Source of the DNA: Squalus acanthias
Taxonomy: Eukaryota
NCBI GenBank assembly: GCA_030390025.1
Contig: CM059432.1
Location: 31,064,001-31,128,000 of the forward strand
Direction of reading: 5' to 3'
DNA length: 64,000 bases
Shown here: positions 52,045-64,000 of the stretch, in pieces
Numbering within the stretch: the first letter of the stretch is position 1
Layout: each line of letters starts with the position of its first letter
Made by a program: the position numbers and the translations under genes
The notes under the pieces: model-generated
The model's database searches: none
Seen by the model: only the letters and a program-made list of their open reading frames with translations
Told to the model about the DNA's origin: nothing

Positions 52045-52086
52045 TCACCTGAGGAAGGAGCAATCGATAGCTCCGAAAGCTTGTGA
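52045..52086 (+). ncRNA. Minimal hammerhead ribozyme motif in the 3' pseudo-LTR
   Basis: TCAC CTGAGGA A GGAGC AATCGATA GCTCC GAAAGCTT GTGA. Confidence 0.75.
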
Positions 52087-53198
52087 TTTCAAATAAAACT
52101 GTTGGACTATAACCTGGTGTTGTGCGACCTCTCAATTCTATGAGATAGCCAGTTACTTATCCAATCGGCCAAATTTCCCTCTATCCCACAACTCCTTACT
52201 TTCTTCATGAGCCGACCATGGGGAACCTTATCAAACGCCTTACTAAATGCAATTTCTTTCTTTCTTAAAGTATGAAAATTAAACCGTGGTAGAAGAACAA
52301 GCTACAATTGGGTTGAGAAAGAGACTAGTCAAGTTCCAGGTTTAGAAATGCATCAAGGTAATTTGATGCAAGGTTGGATGGGTGGGACAAATCGATCATT
52401 GGTCTACTCCTGCCTGAATCTCTTACGATGCTTCAATGTAACATGTACCAGTGCATTAAGAAGATATTGACCTAATATATAACTAGTAAATTGTATGAAA
52501 AATGTAGGGGATTAGGATTCAAAAGATAAAGGGCTGCCATAAGTGCAAGATGGTAGAGCAAGCTTGATGACTGAATGGCCTGCTCCAGTTCCTATGTTCC
52601 TATTCCTGATCATTTTTCATATAATTATCACCTCAACCTACTGTGAAGTTATATTTAATAGTGAAAAAATAATACTTACATTTACATAGTGCGTTAGCTT
52701 AAAGTGCTTCACATTCTGTGCTGTAAACTTTCATGAGTCTATTGTGATTAGTTTTGGATTGCTCTAGCAAATGAATGGGACAGACACAATGGCCTCCTGT
52801 GTGTCAACAAGGTCGTACAAGGACTTTATTTCAGTATCCAGAAGGTTGTGGATTTGATCCCAGTATAAGGAATGACTGACACTCCAGTGAAGTACAAAAG
52901 GAGTGTTGTATTATTGGAAGTGCTGCCCTTTGAATAAGATGTTGACATAGAATCATAGGCCCCGATAGGGTGGGGAGGGGGGCGGTCCGGTAGCGCCAGA
53001 AGTAAGTGAAGCACATCTGCAGTGGCTCTTTAACTCACCTTATTATAATTTTACTTCCGGGTTTCCCATCCAATTTGCGGCAGCGGGCATGATGTGGACC
53101 AACATGACGCAATTTCAATTCCAGTATTTAAAGGGACACTCCAATCATGCAAGTTGAAGGAGTTTGGAGTTCGGTAGAAAAGAGAAGCAGGTGGCACA

Positions 53199-53427
53199 AT
53201 GGATTCCAGATGGGAAAAGGCTGCACCTCATTTTGGTGACGCCTCCCTGGATGTGCTGCTGGGGCTGTGAGGAGTCGGAGAGAGAAATATGTTCCCTACC
53301 AATGGGAGGAAGAAGCCTGCAGCTGAGACCAAGAAGGCGTGGTAGGAGGTCAGCAGCAGGAGCGTGGTGCCATGTTCCTGGATTCAGTGCAGAAAGTACT
53401 TTAATGACCCAAGTAGGTCAGGAAAGG
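53199..53427 (+). pseudogene. Harbinger Myb/SANT exon 1 remnant
   Basis: MDSRWEKAAPHFGDASLDVLL..SWIQCRKYFND.SRSGK then GTGAG donor; frameshift and stop present. Confidence 0.7.
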
Positions 53428-54092
53428 TGAGCACAGTGGCACATTCACCTACACAGGTGCAGGTGGAGTACTCTTTGGCGGGGTCCTCACGGGCTCCAAA
53501 ATCCAGAGGTCGTCTGCCAAGTGCATCTCAGCAGTCAGAGCAGAGATCTGAGCAGGCTGCCTCTACCTCTGCTGAAGCCACACAGGTTGCACCAGTTAGG
53601 AGTAGCAGAAAAAAGGAAGAGTAAGGCTTTGTAGTTGCACAAAGGTACACACATGGGTGTCTGAGAAAATGCTGTTTTGATAAGTTTTTGTTCTTTATTT
53701 AGCTCACATAAATGTTATTCTTTTTCACCACTTTCCCGTCTTGTCCATTCTTGGCTGCTGGGTGGTAAGTGGTCTTCTAACTAGTTTGATGTTGAATGTG
53801 AAGACATGAATTGATGGGGACCAATGGGGAGATGTTGAAGGAGGTGGTTGGTTGCAGGACTGCTTTGTGTCAGTGGCATGGGGGGGGGTGAAGGGGGAAG
53901 AGTGGCCGTTGCATTTTCTGGGGACATTGGTGCACTGGTGCAACCTAAGTGAACCTCGCATTAATAACGGCATCCCTGGCAGCAATGTGAGCAGCTGGGG
54001 GTGCATTGCCCTCATTACCCCCCCTGCTCTTCATTTTCCTCCTCCCCCTCTGAATTGTCCAAGCAGGATCTGATCTCTTTGCATTGTTCCTC

Positions 54093-54960
54093 TCACAGGT
54101 CCAAGCCTCGCTGTTGCATTCTGGAGACCCTGGCCTGTGCGTACTGAAGGGCGCCTCCAGATCTGTCCAGACACCTGAAACGCATCTTCAGCATGCCAAT
54201 GGCCTGTTCAGTCACACATCTGGTGGTGATCTGGCATTCACTGTAGCACTGTTGGGCTTCAGTGGGCCGGTTTCTGACTGGTGTCAAGAGCCAAGTTTTC
54301 AGTGGTTATCCCTTGTCGCCTAGCAGCCACCCCTTACATCTGCTTCCCGGTCGGAAGAGCTCAGGGAGCTTGGACTGCCACAGGACGACAGCATTATGGC
54401 AGCTGCCCGGAAATCTTGCGCATACCTGCATAAACATCTTTTTGTGGTTGCACACCAGCTGAACATTGATGGAGTGGAATCCTTTGTGGTTGACGAATAC
54501 TCCTGGTTGTTCTGGGGGTGCCCAGATTGCCACGTGTGTACAGTTGATGGCAGCCTGCACGTGTGGGAAGCCAGCCACAGCCACAAAGCCGAGCGCCTGC
54601 TCATTCTAACTAGCATCATCGGTGGCAAAGTTAACATAATTGCCAGTCCTGGCAAACAACCCGTCAGTCACCCGTCTTATGCATTTGTGGGCGGCCGCCT
54701 GGGAGATCCTGCATAAATCTATGGCAGAGCCCTGGAAGGATCCTGAGGCAAAAATGTTGAGGGCTGTGGTGACTTTGACAGATACTGGTAACACGTGGCC
54801 ATCAGGTCCAGCAGGCAGCAGGTCTTCTTCTAGGAGGCTGCAGATGTCTGCCACCACCTGAGCTTCCTGAGACACTGCTATTCGGACATGTCAAGGAAAC
54901 TGAGCCTCTGCCTGTAGACCCTGTTTTGTGGGTAGTGCCTCCTGCGAGCTGCACCTCTCT
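54093..54960 (-). pseudogene. Harbinger transposase pseudogene
   Basis: [68 protein letters not shown], with in-frame stops. Confidence 0.88.
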
Positions 54961-55750
54961 GCTGGTCGCCTCTCTGCTGTGCAGCTACAGGTCTGTTAGC
55001 AGCAGGCTGCTGCGGGTGTTATTGCTGGTGCTGCTGCTGGTCATGTTGTTCCTCATCTGAGGTCCAATCTAAGGCAGCAAATCTCAAGCAAAAGTGTTGT
55101 GAACAAATCCTTTCTCACTAGCAGACAAGAAAGCAGCTGTGAGTACTGAGTATTTATTGGCATTTTTCAATTGCCGCTGTGTACTCGCCTTGGTTTCACT
55201 GGCGAGTTTCAGGAAGCCTGGGAAACCCGTGGACACGACGTTAAAGTGAAAACAGTGTGTCAATAACGCTCTAATTGAGCGATTAGCATATGGAAATTGA
55301 CAACCTGCCTCTCCCAAGGGGATTGCGCGCACGTAGCCTAACGTGCTCCATTCACATACGGAAGTCGGCGGGTTGGAGCCGGCTTCCCAACACGCTGTCA
55401 ATTTCGCCAGTTTTAAACCCCCCCCCCGCCCACCCACACCCAAACCCACTCGCATTTCCAGATTAAAATTTAGCCCACAGGAACAGAAGTAGGCCATTCA
55501 GCCCTTCAAACCTGTTCCGTCATTCAATTAGATCATGGATGATCTGTATCTCAACTCTATTTACCCGCCTTGGTTCCATATCCCTTAATACCCTTACCGA
55601 ACAAAAATCTATCAATCTCAGTTTAGAAATTTTCAATTGACCTAGCCGCAACAGTTTCTTGGGGGAGTGAGTTCCAGATTTCCATTATCCTTTGTGTGAA
55701 GACGTGTTTCCTGACTTCACCCCTGAACGGCCTAGCTCTAATTTTAAGGT

Positions 55751-56418
55751 AGGTAGTGCAGGAGTCCCCGGAGTGCATCGCGCTCTTCAACCAGTATTCT
55801 GTTCTGAGTACTGGTGAGGGCGATGGTTCCTCTGGGGAGTAGAGCCAGAGCCAAGTCCATGGCACCACGGGTGGCTCAGCTGTACAGGGGGGGAGGAGGA
55901 AGATAGGGAAAACAATAGTGGTAGGAGATTCGATAGTTAGGGGAGCAGACAGGCGTTTCTGCAGCAGCAGACGTGAGTCCAGGATGGTATGTTTCCTCCC
56001 TGGTGCCAGGTTCAAGGACGTCACCGAGCGGCTGCAGAACATTCTGAGGGGGGAGGGTGAACAGCCAGAGGTCGTGCTCCATATCGGTACCAACGACATA
56101 GATAGAAAGAGGGATCAGGTCCTGCAGGCAGATTTCAGGGAGCTGGGAAAGAGATTAAAAAGCAGGACCTCAAAGGTAGTCATCTCTGGATTACTCCTGG
56201 TGCCATGTGCGAGTGAGTATAGAAATAGGAGAATAGAGCAGATGAAAGCATGGCTGGAGAGGTGGTGCAGGAGGGAGGGCTTCAGATTCCTAGGGAATTG
56301 GGGCCGGTTCTGGGGGATGTGGGACTTGCACAGGCCGGACGGGTTGCACCTCAACAGAGCCGGTACCAATACTCTCGCAGGGAGGTTTGCTAGTGCTGTT
56401 GCGGAGGGTTTAAACTAA
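55751..56418 (+). pseudogene. CR1 ORF1 SGNH esterase domain (5'-truncated)
   Basis: VGDSIV (block I), PGA, HIGTND (block III), DGLH (block V). Confidence 0.88.
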
Positions 56419-59400
56419 GTTGGCAGGGGGATGGGCACCAGGATGTACCATTAGAAAGGAGAAACAAAGGGCACAAAGGATTGGGAGAGACGGATAGCAC
56501 TAAAGTAAGAAATAGTAAGGTATTAGGTGGGGTCAGACTAAGAGAGAACACAGGGTGGTCTAAGATAGATTTACAGTATATGAATGTGAACGCACGAAGC
56601 ATAGTCAATAAAGTTGGTGAGCTGCAGGCGCAAATAGCCACATGGGAATATGATGTCATGGCAATAACGGAAACCTGGCTCAAAAAAGGGCAGGATTGGG
56701 TATTAAATATTCCTGGATATAAGGTGTTCAGGAAAGATAGGGAAGGAATGCTAGGAGGTGGGGTGGCAGTATTGGTTAAGGAGAATGTTACCGTGCTGGA
56801 GAGAGAGGATGTCCTGGAGGGGTCAAGGACAAAATCTATATGGCTAGAGTTAAGAAATTATAGAGGTACCATTACACTACTAGGTGTATTCTATAGGCCA
56901 CCAACTAGTGGGAAAAATATGGAGGAGCAAATTTGCAGAGAAATTACAGAGAGATGCAAGAACTATAGAGTAGTGATAATGGGGGACTTCAACTATCCTA
57001 ATATAGACTGGGAATAAATAGTGTAAAGGGCAGAGAGGGGGAAGAATTTCTGACGTGTGTTCAGGAGAACTTTCTGGATCAGTATGTTTCCGGCCCAACG
57101 AGGAAGGATACATTGCTGGATCTGGTTCTGGGTAATAAGGTAGGCCAAGTGGAGCAAGTGTCAGTAGGTGAACATTTAGGGATCAGTGATCATAGTATCA
57201 TAAGGTTTAGATTAGCTATGGAAAAGGACAGGGAGCAATCTAGAGTAAAAATACTTAATTGGAGGAAGGCCAATTTCAGTGGGATGAGAACGGATCTGGC
57301 CTGTGTAAATTGGAATCAAAGATTGGCAGACAAAACTGTGATAGAACAATGGGCTGCCTTTAAAGAGTTCGGGTACAGTCGAGATACATTCCTACTAGGG
57401 GGAAAGGCAGAGCAACTAAAGTCAGAACTCCCTGGATGACGAAAGAGATAGAGAGTAAGATAAAGCAGAAAAAGAGCGTGTATGACAGATGTCAGGTCGA
57501 GAATACATCCGAGAATCAGGCCAAATATAGAAAGTTCAGAGGAGAAGTGAAAAAGGAAATAAGAGGGGCAAAGAGAGGGTAAGAGAATAGAATGGCAGCT
57601 AACGTAAAAGGTAATCCAAAAGTCTTCTATAGGCATATAAATAGTAAACGGGTAGTAAGAGGAGGGGTAGGCCGATTAGGGACCAAAAAGGAGACCTACG
57701 CATGGAGGCAGAGGGTATGGCTGAGGTGCTAAATGAGTACTTTGCATCTGTCTTCACCGAGGAAGAAGATGCTGCCATAGACATAGTGAAGGAGGGGGTT
57801 GAGGAGATACTGGATGGGATAAAAATTGATAAAGAGGAGGTACGAGAAAGGCTGGCTGTACTTAAAGTAGATAAGTCACCAGGACCAGATGGGATGCATC
57901 CTAGGACCCTGAGCGAAGTGAAGGAAGAAATCGCGGAGGTACTGGCCATAATCTTCCAATCCTCCTTAGAGACGGGGTGGTGCCAGAGGACTGGAGAATT
58001 GCAAATGTTACACCATGTTCAAAAAAGGGTGTAAAGATAAACCCAGCAACTACAGGCTAGTGGGGAAGCTTTTAGAAACAATAATCCAGGACATAATTAA
58101 CAGTCACTGCACAAGTGTGGATCAATTAAGGAAAGCCAACATGGATTTTTTAAAGGCAAATCGTGGTTAACCAACTTGATCGAGTTTTTGATGAGGTAAC
58201 AGAGAGGGTTGATGTGGGCAATGCGGTTGACGTGGTGTACATGGATTTCCAAAAGGCGTTCGACAAAGTGCCACATAATAGGCTTGCCGGCAAAGTTGAA
58301 GCCCATGGAATAAAAGGGACAGTGGCAGCATGGATACGAAATTGGCTAAGTGACAGGAAACAGAGAGTAGTGGTGAACGGTTGTTTTTCAGACTAGTGGA
58401 AGATATACAGTGGTGTTCCCCAGAGGCCAGTTCTAGGACCAATGCTTTTCTTGATATATATTAGTGACTTGGATGTGGGTGCACAGGGCACAATTTCAAA
58501 ATTTGCAGATGAAACAAGACTTGGAAGTATAGTGAACAGTGAGGAGGATAGTGATAGATTTCAAGAGGACATAGACAGGCTGGTGGAATGGGCGGACACA
58601 TGGCAGATGAAATTTAATGCAGAAAAGTGTGAAATGATGCATTTTGGTAGAATTAATGAAAGAGAGGAAATATAAACTAAAGGGTACAATCCTAAAGGGG
58701 GTGCATGAACAGAGAGACCTAGGGGTATATGTACACAAATTGTTGAAGGTGGCAGGGCAGGTTGAGAAAGCAGGTAAAAAAGCTTACGGGATCCTGGGCT
58801 GCATGAATAGAGGTATTGAGTACAAAAGCGTGGAAATTATGATGAACCTGTATAAAACACTGGTTCGGCCTCAACTGGAGTAATGTGTCCAATTCTGGGC
58901 ACCACACTTTAGGAAGGATGTGAAGCCCTTAGAGAGGGTGCAGAAAAGATTTACGAGAATGATTCCAGGGATGAGGGACTTCAGTTATGTGGATAGACTG
59001 GAGAAGCTGGGGTTGTTCTCCTTAGAGCAGAGAAGATTGAGAGGAGATTTGGTAGAGGTATTCAAAATCATGAGGGGTCTGGACAGAGTAGATAGAGAGA
59101 AACTGTTCCCATTGGCAGAAGGGTCGCATACTAGAGGACACAGATTTAAGGTAATTGGCAGAAGAACCAAAGACGACATGAGGAAAAACTTTTTTACTCA
59201 TCGAGTGGTTAGGATCTGGAATGCAATGCCTGAAAGGGTGGTGGAGGCAGACTCAATCACAGGTTTCAAAACGGAGTTGGATAAGTACCTGAAGGAAAAA
59301 AAATTGCAGGGCTACGGGGAAAGGGCGGGGGAGTGGGACTAGCTGAAGTGCTCTTGCAGAGAGCTGGCATGGGCTCGATGGGCCAAATGGCCTTCTTCCG

Positions 59401-59424
59401 TGTTGTAACCATTCTATGATTCTA
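55751..59424 (+). mobile_element. Near full-length CR1 LINE (ORF1 esterase + ORF2 APE-RT, disrupted), TSD TAAGGT
   Basis: TAAGGT at 55745-55750 and 59425-59430; ATTCTATGATTCTA tail; ORF2 fragments 56481-59342 with ITETW, GDFN, YMDFQKAFD, FADE. Confidence 0.92.
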
Positions 59425-60605
59425 TAAGGTTATGTCCCCTTGTTCTGGATTCCCCCACCAGAGGAAATAGTTTATCTCTATCTAACCTATCAACTCCTTT
59501 AATCATATTAAACACCTCAATTAGATCATCCCTTAATCTTCAATACTAAAGGGATTACAAGCCTAGTCCATGCAACCTGTACTCCTAATTTAACCCTTTT
59601 AGCCCTGGTATCATTCTGGTGAATCTGCGCTGCACACCCTCCAAGGCTAATATATCCTTCCTGAGGTGCAGTGCCCAGAACTGCACACAGTGCTTCAGAT
59701 GCAGTCTAACCAGAGTTTTATACAACTGTAGCATAAGTTCCACCCCTTTGCATTTCAGCCCCTTTGAGATATAGGCTAACATTCCAATAGCCTTTTTAAT
59801 TACTTTTTGTAGCTGTCCAGTAGCTTTTACTAATTTCTGTGCATGGCCCTCTAAATCTCTCTGCTTCTCCACAGTTCCTAGTTTTTTACCATTTAGAAAT
59901 TACTCTGATCTATCTTCCTTCGGTCCAAAGTGGATGACCTTACACTTCCCCACATTGAACTCCTTCTGCCACAGTTTTGCTCACTCACTTAATCTATCAA
60001 TGTCCCTTTGGGACTTTCTGCTCCCATCTACACTAGTTACTGTGCTACCTAACTTAGTGTCGTTAGACTGAGTTCCAATCTGCTTGCTGTCCTCCCCAAA
60101 TGGGAGTGCCGATGCAGCTCACTGGATTTGGGGCTGCAGAAAGGTAAGTCCTCAAAGGAGTTCAACATTGCAGGTGGGGTGGGGGGAGCCCAGGGCAACA
60201 GCAGCCCATATTATCTTTGTGGGGCCCAGAGGAGCACTCCTACCTTTGAGGGCCTTCACATCTTGGCCAACTGAGTGAGCATCCACGGCGGACCCTCCGC
60301 CCTGTAGGCCATAAAATGGCTTTGGGGTCCTAACTATGTAATAGGACGATGATTTAAATTTATTCATAAGGCTGAGTCAGGCTTAGCCACCTATTAACCC
60401 AGCGGCAGGAAGATGGCAGCAGGGCAGAAAACCAGCACTAAGTCCACCGCTTTGATTTTAACTTCAGTTGAAGATATCCTCATATAACAAACCATTTGCC
60501 AAGTACACATTTCCAAACCTAGACATGCTATAAGAAGCCACAGTGCCAACAAAGCATAACCAAAGATGTCTAAATGATCTCAAGATATCAACCTGTAGTA
60601 GTAGT

Positions 60606-61040
60606 GGGTTAAATTACGAGGAGAGATTGCACTAACTAGGGTTGTATTCCCTGGAATTTAAAAGGTTAAGGGGTGATTTAATTGATGTTTTCAAGATATT
60701 AAGGGAACTGATAGGGTAGATAGTGAGAAACTATTTCTGCTGATTGGGGAGTGTAGGACTAGGGGGCATCGTCTAAAAATTAGAATCAGGCCTTTCTGGA
60801 GTGAGTTAGGAAACACTTCTACATACAAAGGGTGGTAAATTTTGGAACTCTCTTCCACAAATGGCAATTGATGTTAGGTCAATTGTTAATTTTAAATCTG
60901 AGATTGATAGCTTTTTGTTAACCAAATGTATTAAGGGATATGGGGCAAAGGCGGGTATATGGAGTTAGGCCACGATCTCATTGAATGGCGGAACAGGCTC
61001 GAGGGGTTAATAGGCCCATTCCTGTTCCTATATTCCTATG
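60606..61040 (+). mobile_element. CR1 3' fragment, same subfamily as 33278-33730
   Basis: Clear nucleotide similarity to 33278-33730. Confidence 0.88.
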
Positions 61041-61995
61041 GTTCATTACTTATGTTTGTCCTAAAGAACTGAAACATGCAGGTCAGTTGAAAATATTTGA
61101 AATGACATTCATAAGTTGACTATTCTCTGCTTCTCAGTAAAATACAGGAAGAAGCCATTTAAAAATGTACCTAATCTCCATGAATAAATCTGCACATGAC
61201 AAAGTTCATGTCGCACATCACAGTCTGTCTCAAATAATGGTTGACAGAACTAGTCTCAACATGAAAGTAATTTCTTCTGACAGACATTATAAATTTTTTT
61301 AGAAATTATTTGTGATTTGGATCAACCCAAGGATGTGATTGAACTTGTCCCAACTGTACTTGAGATGCATCCTTAGGCACTAAGGTAAAAATTTCTCTTA
61401 TCCAAAAGGTCCGGGTATTTTTAGTGTTGAATTATCTTAGATTCAAAAAGAACATTTGTATTCGAGCAGATGATGTCACTGGATTCTTTCCGCTCTTTGT
61501 TTGAACCAAGTCCAGTCTGATGGGATGAAAAATCTTCCCTTTGCAGGGATCCTAAATTAAACGAGTATGAGACCATCTCAATGTGAAATATAACTTTATG
61601 AATCGACACTCCCACATCAGTGTTTCACCTGCCGGGAGTTCATACTAGGAATTTGAATATAGGAATTGGATGGAAAATGGTGGGGAATGGGTACCCAATA
61701 TGCGCGCCCACAAAGTGACTCTCTGTACTAGGAGCACGAATTAGTAAACGTTCCCCTCAAGTTCTTAGTGGGTGCAGCTCACAGCAGAAAACCACACATG
61801 ATTTGGCACAAGGTGGCTCTAAATTACTAGTCTCACTCAGAATAGCCATAGAATGGCTGGTGTGGGGAGTGGAAATGTCACACTAGTGCAGTAGAAAGAG
61901 GGTGCTTTCAGAGGTTGAGGTAAAGACCCGTTATAGGGCTAGAGTAGAGGGAATCTTTACTCTGTAGCTAACCTGTGCTATACTTGATGTCAGTC

Positions 61996-62222
61996 ATGGC
62001 TCACTGGTAGCACTCTCGCCTCTGAGTCAGAAGGCTGTGAGGTTCAAGTCCAACTCCAGAAACATAAGTACATAGACTAGGCTAATACTCCACTGTAGTA
62101 TTGAGGGAGTGCTGCATTATCGGTCTTTTGGATGAGACGTTAAACTGACTATCTGGTCATTATCTCATTGTGTTTGCAAATTGGCTGCTGAGTATCCTGC
62201 ATTACAACAGTGACTGCACTTC
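61996..62222 (+). mobile_element. Deu-domain SINE split by an L2; tail resumes at ~63257-63340
   Basis: TGGCTCACTGGTAGCACTC..GGTTCAAGTCC head; tail TTGGCTGTGAAGCACTTTG..AAATGCAAG. Confidence 0.75.
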
Positions 62223-63256
62223 AACAACAACAACCTGTATTTATATAGTACCTTTAACATAGTAAGATGTCCCAAGGTGCTTCACAGGAGTATTATCAAA
62301 CAAAATTTGACACCGAGCCACATAAGGAGATATTAGGGTAGATCTTGGTCAAAGAGGTAGGTTTTAAGGAGCATCCTAAAGGAGGAAAGAGAGGTAGAAA
62401 GGCGGAGAGGTTTAGAAAAGAAATTCCAGAGCTCAGGGCCTTGGCAGCTGAAAGCACGGCTGACAATGGTTGAGCGATTATAATCAGGGATGCTCAAGAG
62501 GCCAGAATTGGAGGAGCGCAGATATCTTGGTGGGTTGTGGGGCTGGAGGAGATTACAGAGATAGGGAGGGGCGATGCCATGGAGGGATTTGAAAACAAGG
62601 ATGAGAATTTTAAAATCTAGGCATTGCTTAACCGGGAGCCAATGTAGGTCAGCAAGCACAGGGGTGAACAGGACTTGGTGCGAATCAGGACACAGGGCAG
62701 CAGAGTTTTGGATGATCTCAAGCTTACGAAGGGTAGAAAGTGGAAGGCCGGCCAGGAGTGCTTTGGAATAGTCAAGTCTAGATGTAACAAAGGCATGGAT
62801 GAGGGTTTCAGCAGCAGATGAGCTGAGGCGGGGTGGAGTCAGGCGATGTTCCGGAAATGGAAATAGGCGGTCATAGTCATGGCACGGATATGTGGTTGCA
62901 AGCTCATCTGAGGGTCAAAAATGACACCAAGGTTGTGAACAGTCTGGTTCAGCCTCAGACAGCTGCCAGGGAGAGGGATGGAGTCTGTGGCTAGGGAACG
63001 GAGTTTGTGGCGTGGACCGACAGCAACGGCTTCGGTCTTCCCAATATTTAGTTAGCGGAAATTTCTGCTCATCCAGTACTGGATGTCGGACAAGCAATCT
63101 GACAATTTAGAGACAGTGGAAGAGTTGAGAGAGGTGGTGGTGAGGTGCAGCTGGGTATTGTCAGCGTTCATATGAAAACTGACGCGGTGTTTTTGGATGA
63201 TGTCGCTGAGAAACAGCACGTAGATGAGAAATAGGAGTGGGCCAAGGATAGATCCT
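62222..63256 (-). mobile_element. L2-clade LINE 3' fragment
   Basis: ORF 62333-62659 LADLHWLPV..LKTYLFDQ; YAD-like motif near 63160; (CAA)n tail. Confidence 0.88.
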
Positions 63257-63696
63257 TCATTGGCTGTGAAGCACTTTGTGACATCTTGAGGTTGTGAAAG
63301 GCGTTATACAAATGCAAGTCTTTTTTTCTTCTTTCTTTCTATATTGGCCTAGGCGTGCTCATTGCTTACACTGGAGGCGCAAAGGAGAAAAATGTTTAAA
63401 AAAATGTTGTATAGACAGCCACAGTTCAATAAACACAAACATTGAACAAAAGGTGACTCAAGAGATAAAATAATTCAAGGAGAAATGACTCACAAACATT
63501 AATAGTTTACATTGCTGCCTTTATTAGCTCATATATACCATTTAACTTTGCTTTGTGAACACTGTACATCTGAATGGGCCTGTTTCCATGGAGGTAGCAG
63601 AGCGTGATTAATCTGTTACCAACTAGTTTGACACTCAGCTGTCTTAGTACTCAAATCACCAATTTTGTGATGTGATAATAGAAAGAGCCTATATTT

Positions 63697-63822
63697 ATAT
63701 TAAAGCAAAATACTGCGGATGCTGGAAATCTGAAATAAAAACAGAAAATGCTGGAGATACTCAGCAGGTCAGGCAGCATCTGTGGAGAGAGAAAAACAAA
63801 GTTAATGTTTCAGGTCGATGGC
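63697..63822 (-). mobile_element. Single arm of the same family as the 38795-39008 hairpin element
   Basis: Near reverse complement of 38888-39008. Confidence 0.8.
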
Positions 63823-64000
63823 CAGTTTTTTCTTTAAATGATTCTAGGGTTTTTGCCTCCATTATTCTAACTGGATTTCTATTCCACGAGGAGTTGACTC
63901 CTTGTGTAAAGATGAACGTCCAGATATGGGGCCTCAATCTGCCTTTTATTATTTTGAATTTGTGCCACATTGTCCTACTATCATGGTTTAATTACAATTT

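Larger units (their letters stand above)
49872..52135 (+). mobile_element. Penelope-like retroelement with inverted pseudo-LTR, 12-bp TSD
   Basis: TSD TTCTATGAGATA (49860-49871, 52136-52147); 49872-50374 inverted 3' end; 50375-52135 5'-truncated sense copy. Confidence 0.93.
48802..52247 (-). mobile_element. Young CR1 LINE (48802-49871 and 52148-52247) split by a Penelope insertion
   Basis: Uninterrupted RT C-terminal frame 48892-~49870 ([14 protein letters not shown]); the KAFDKVPHGRL segment lies at 52190-52245 beyond the Penelope. Confidence 0.9.
52958..55476. mobile_element. Decayed PIF/Harbinger transposon (Myb/SANT remnant +, transposase -)
   Basis: Two-gene convergent layout; right end TTAAAATTTAGCCC; left end not resolved. 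Confidence 0.7.
55478..60066 (-). mobile_element. Older CR1 (55478-55750 and 59431-60066) split by a near full-length CR1
   Basis: GHNL|KIRARPF frame continues across the insert; ORF 59585-59872. Confidence 0.85.

Overview
Eukaryotic, repeat-dense window, most likely from a cartilaginous fish (shark-type CR1, Deu-domain and V-domain SINEs; species cannot be determined). The only host coding sequence found is one 86-nt exon (42234-42319, +) encoding the C-terminal part of the extracellular domain of a corticotropin-releasing hormone receptor (CRHR2-like), so the rest of the window appears to be two very large introns. These are filled with nested mobile DNA: many CR1 LINEs (one near full-length with SGNH-esterase ORF1), a second poly(A)-tailed LINE family including a twin-primed 5'-inverted copy, L2 fragments, SINEs, two solo-LTR-like inserts, decayed two-gene PIF/Harbinger transposons with several MITE families, and two young Penelope-like retroelements (RT + GIY-YIG) whose termini carry minimal hammerhead ribozymes with compensatory stem changes. 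The most notable structures are a TSD-flanked Penelope copy with ~450-bp inverted ribozyme-bearing arms and a 214-bp TSD-flanked hairpin element with the same architecture. All calls come from reading the sequence; no database searches were run, and boundaries of old repeats are approximate.
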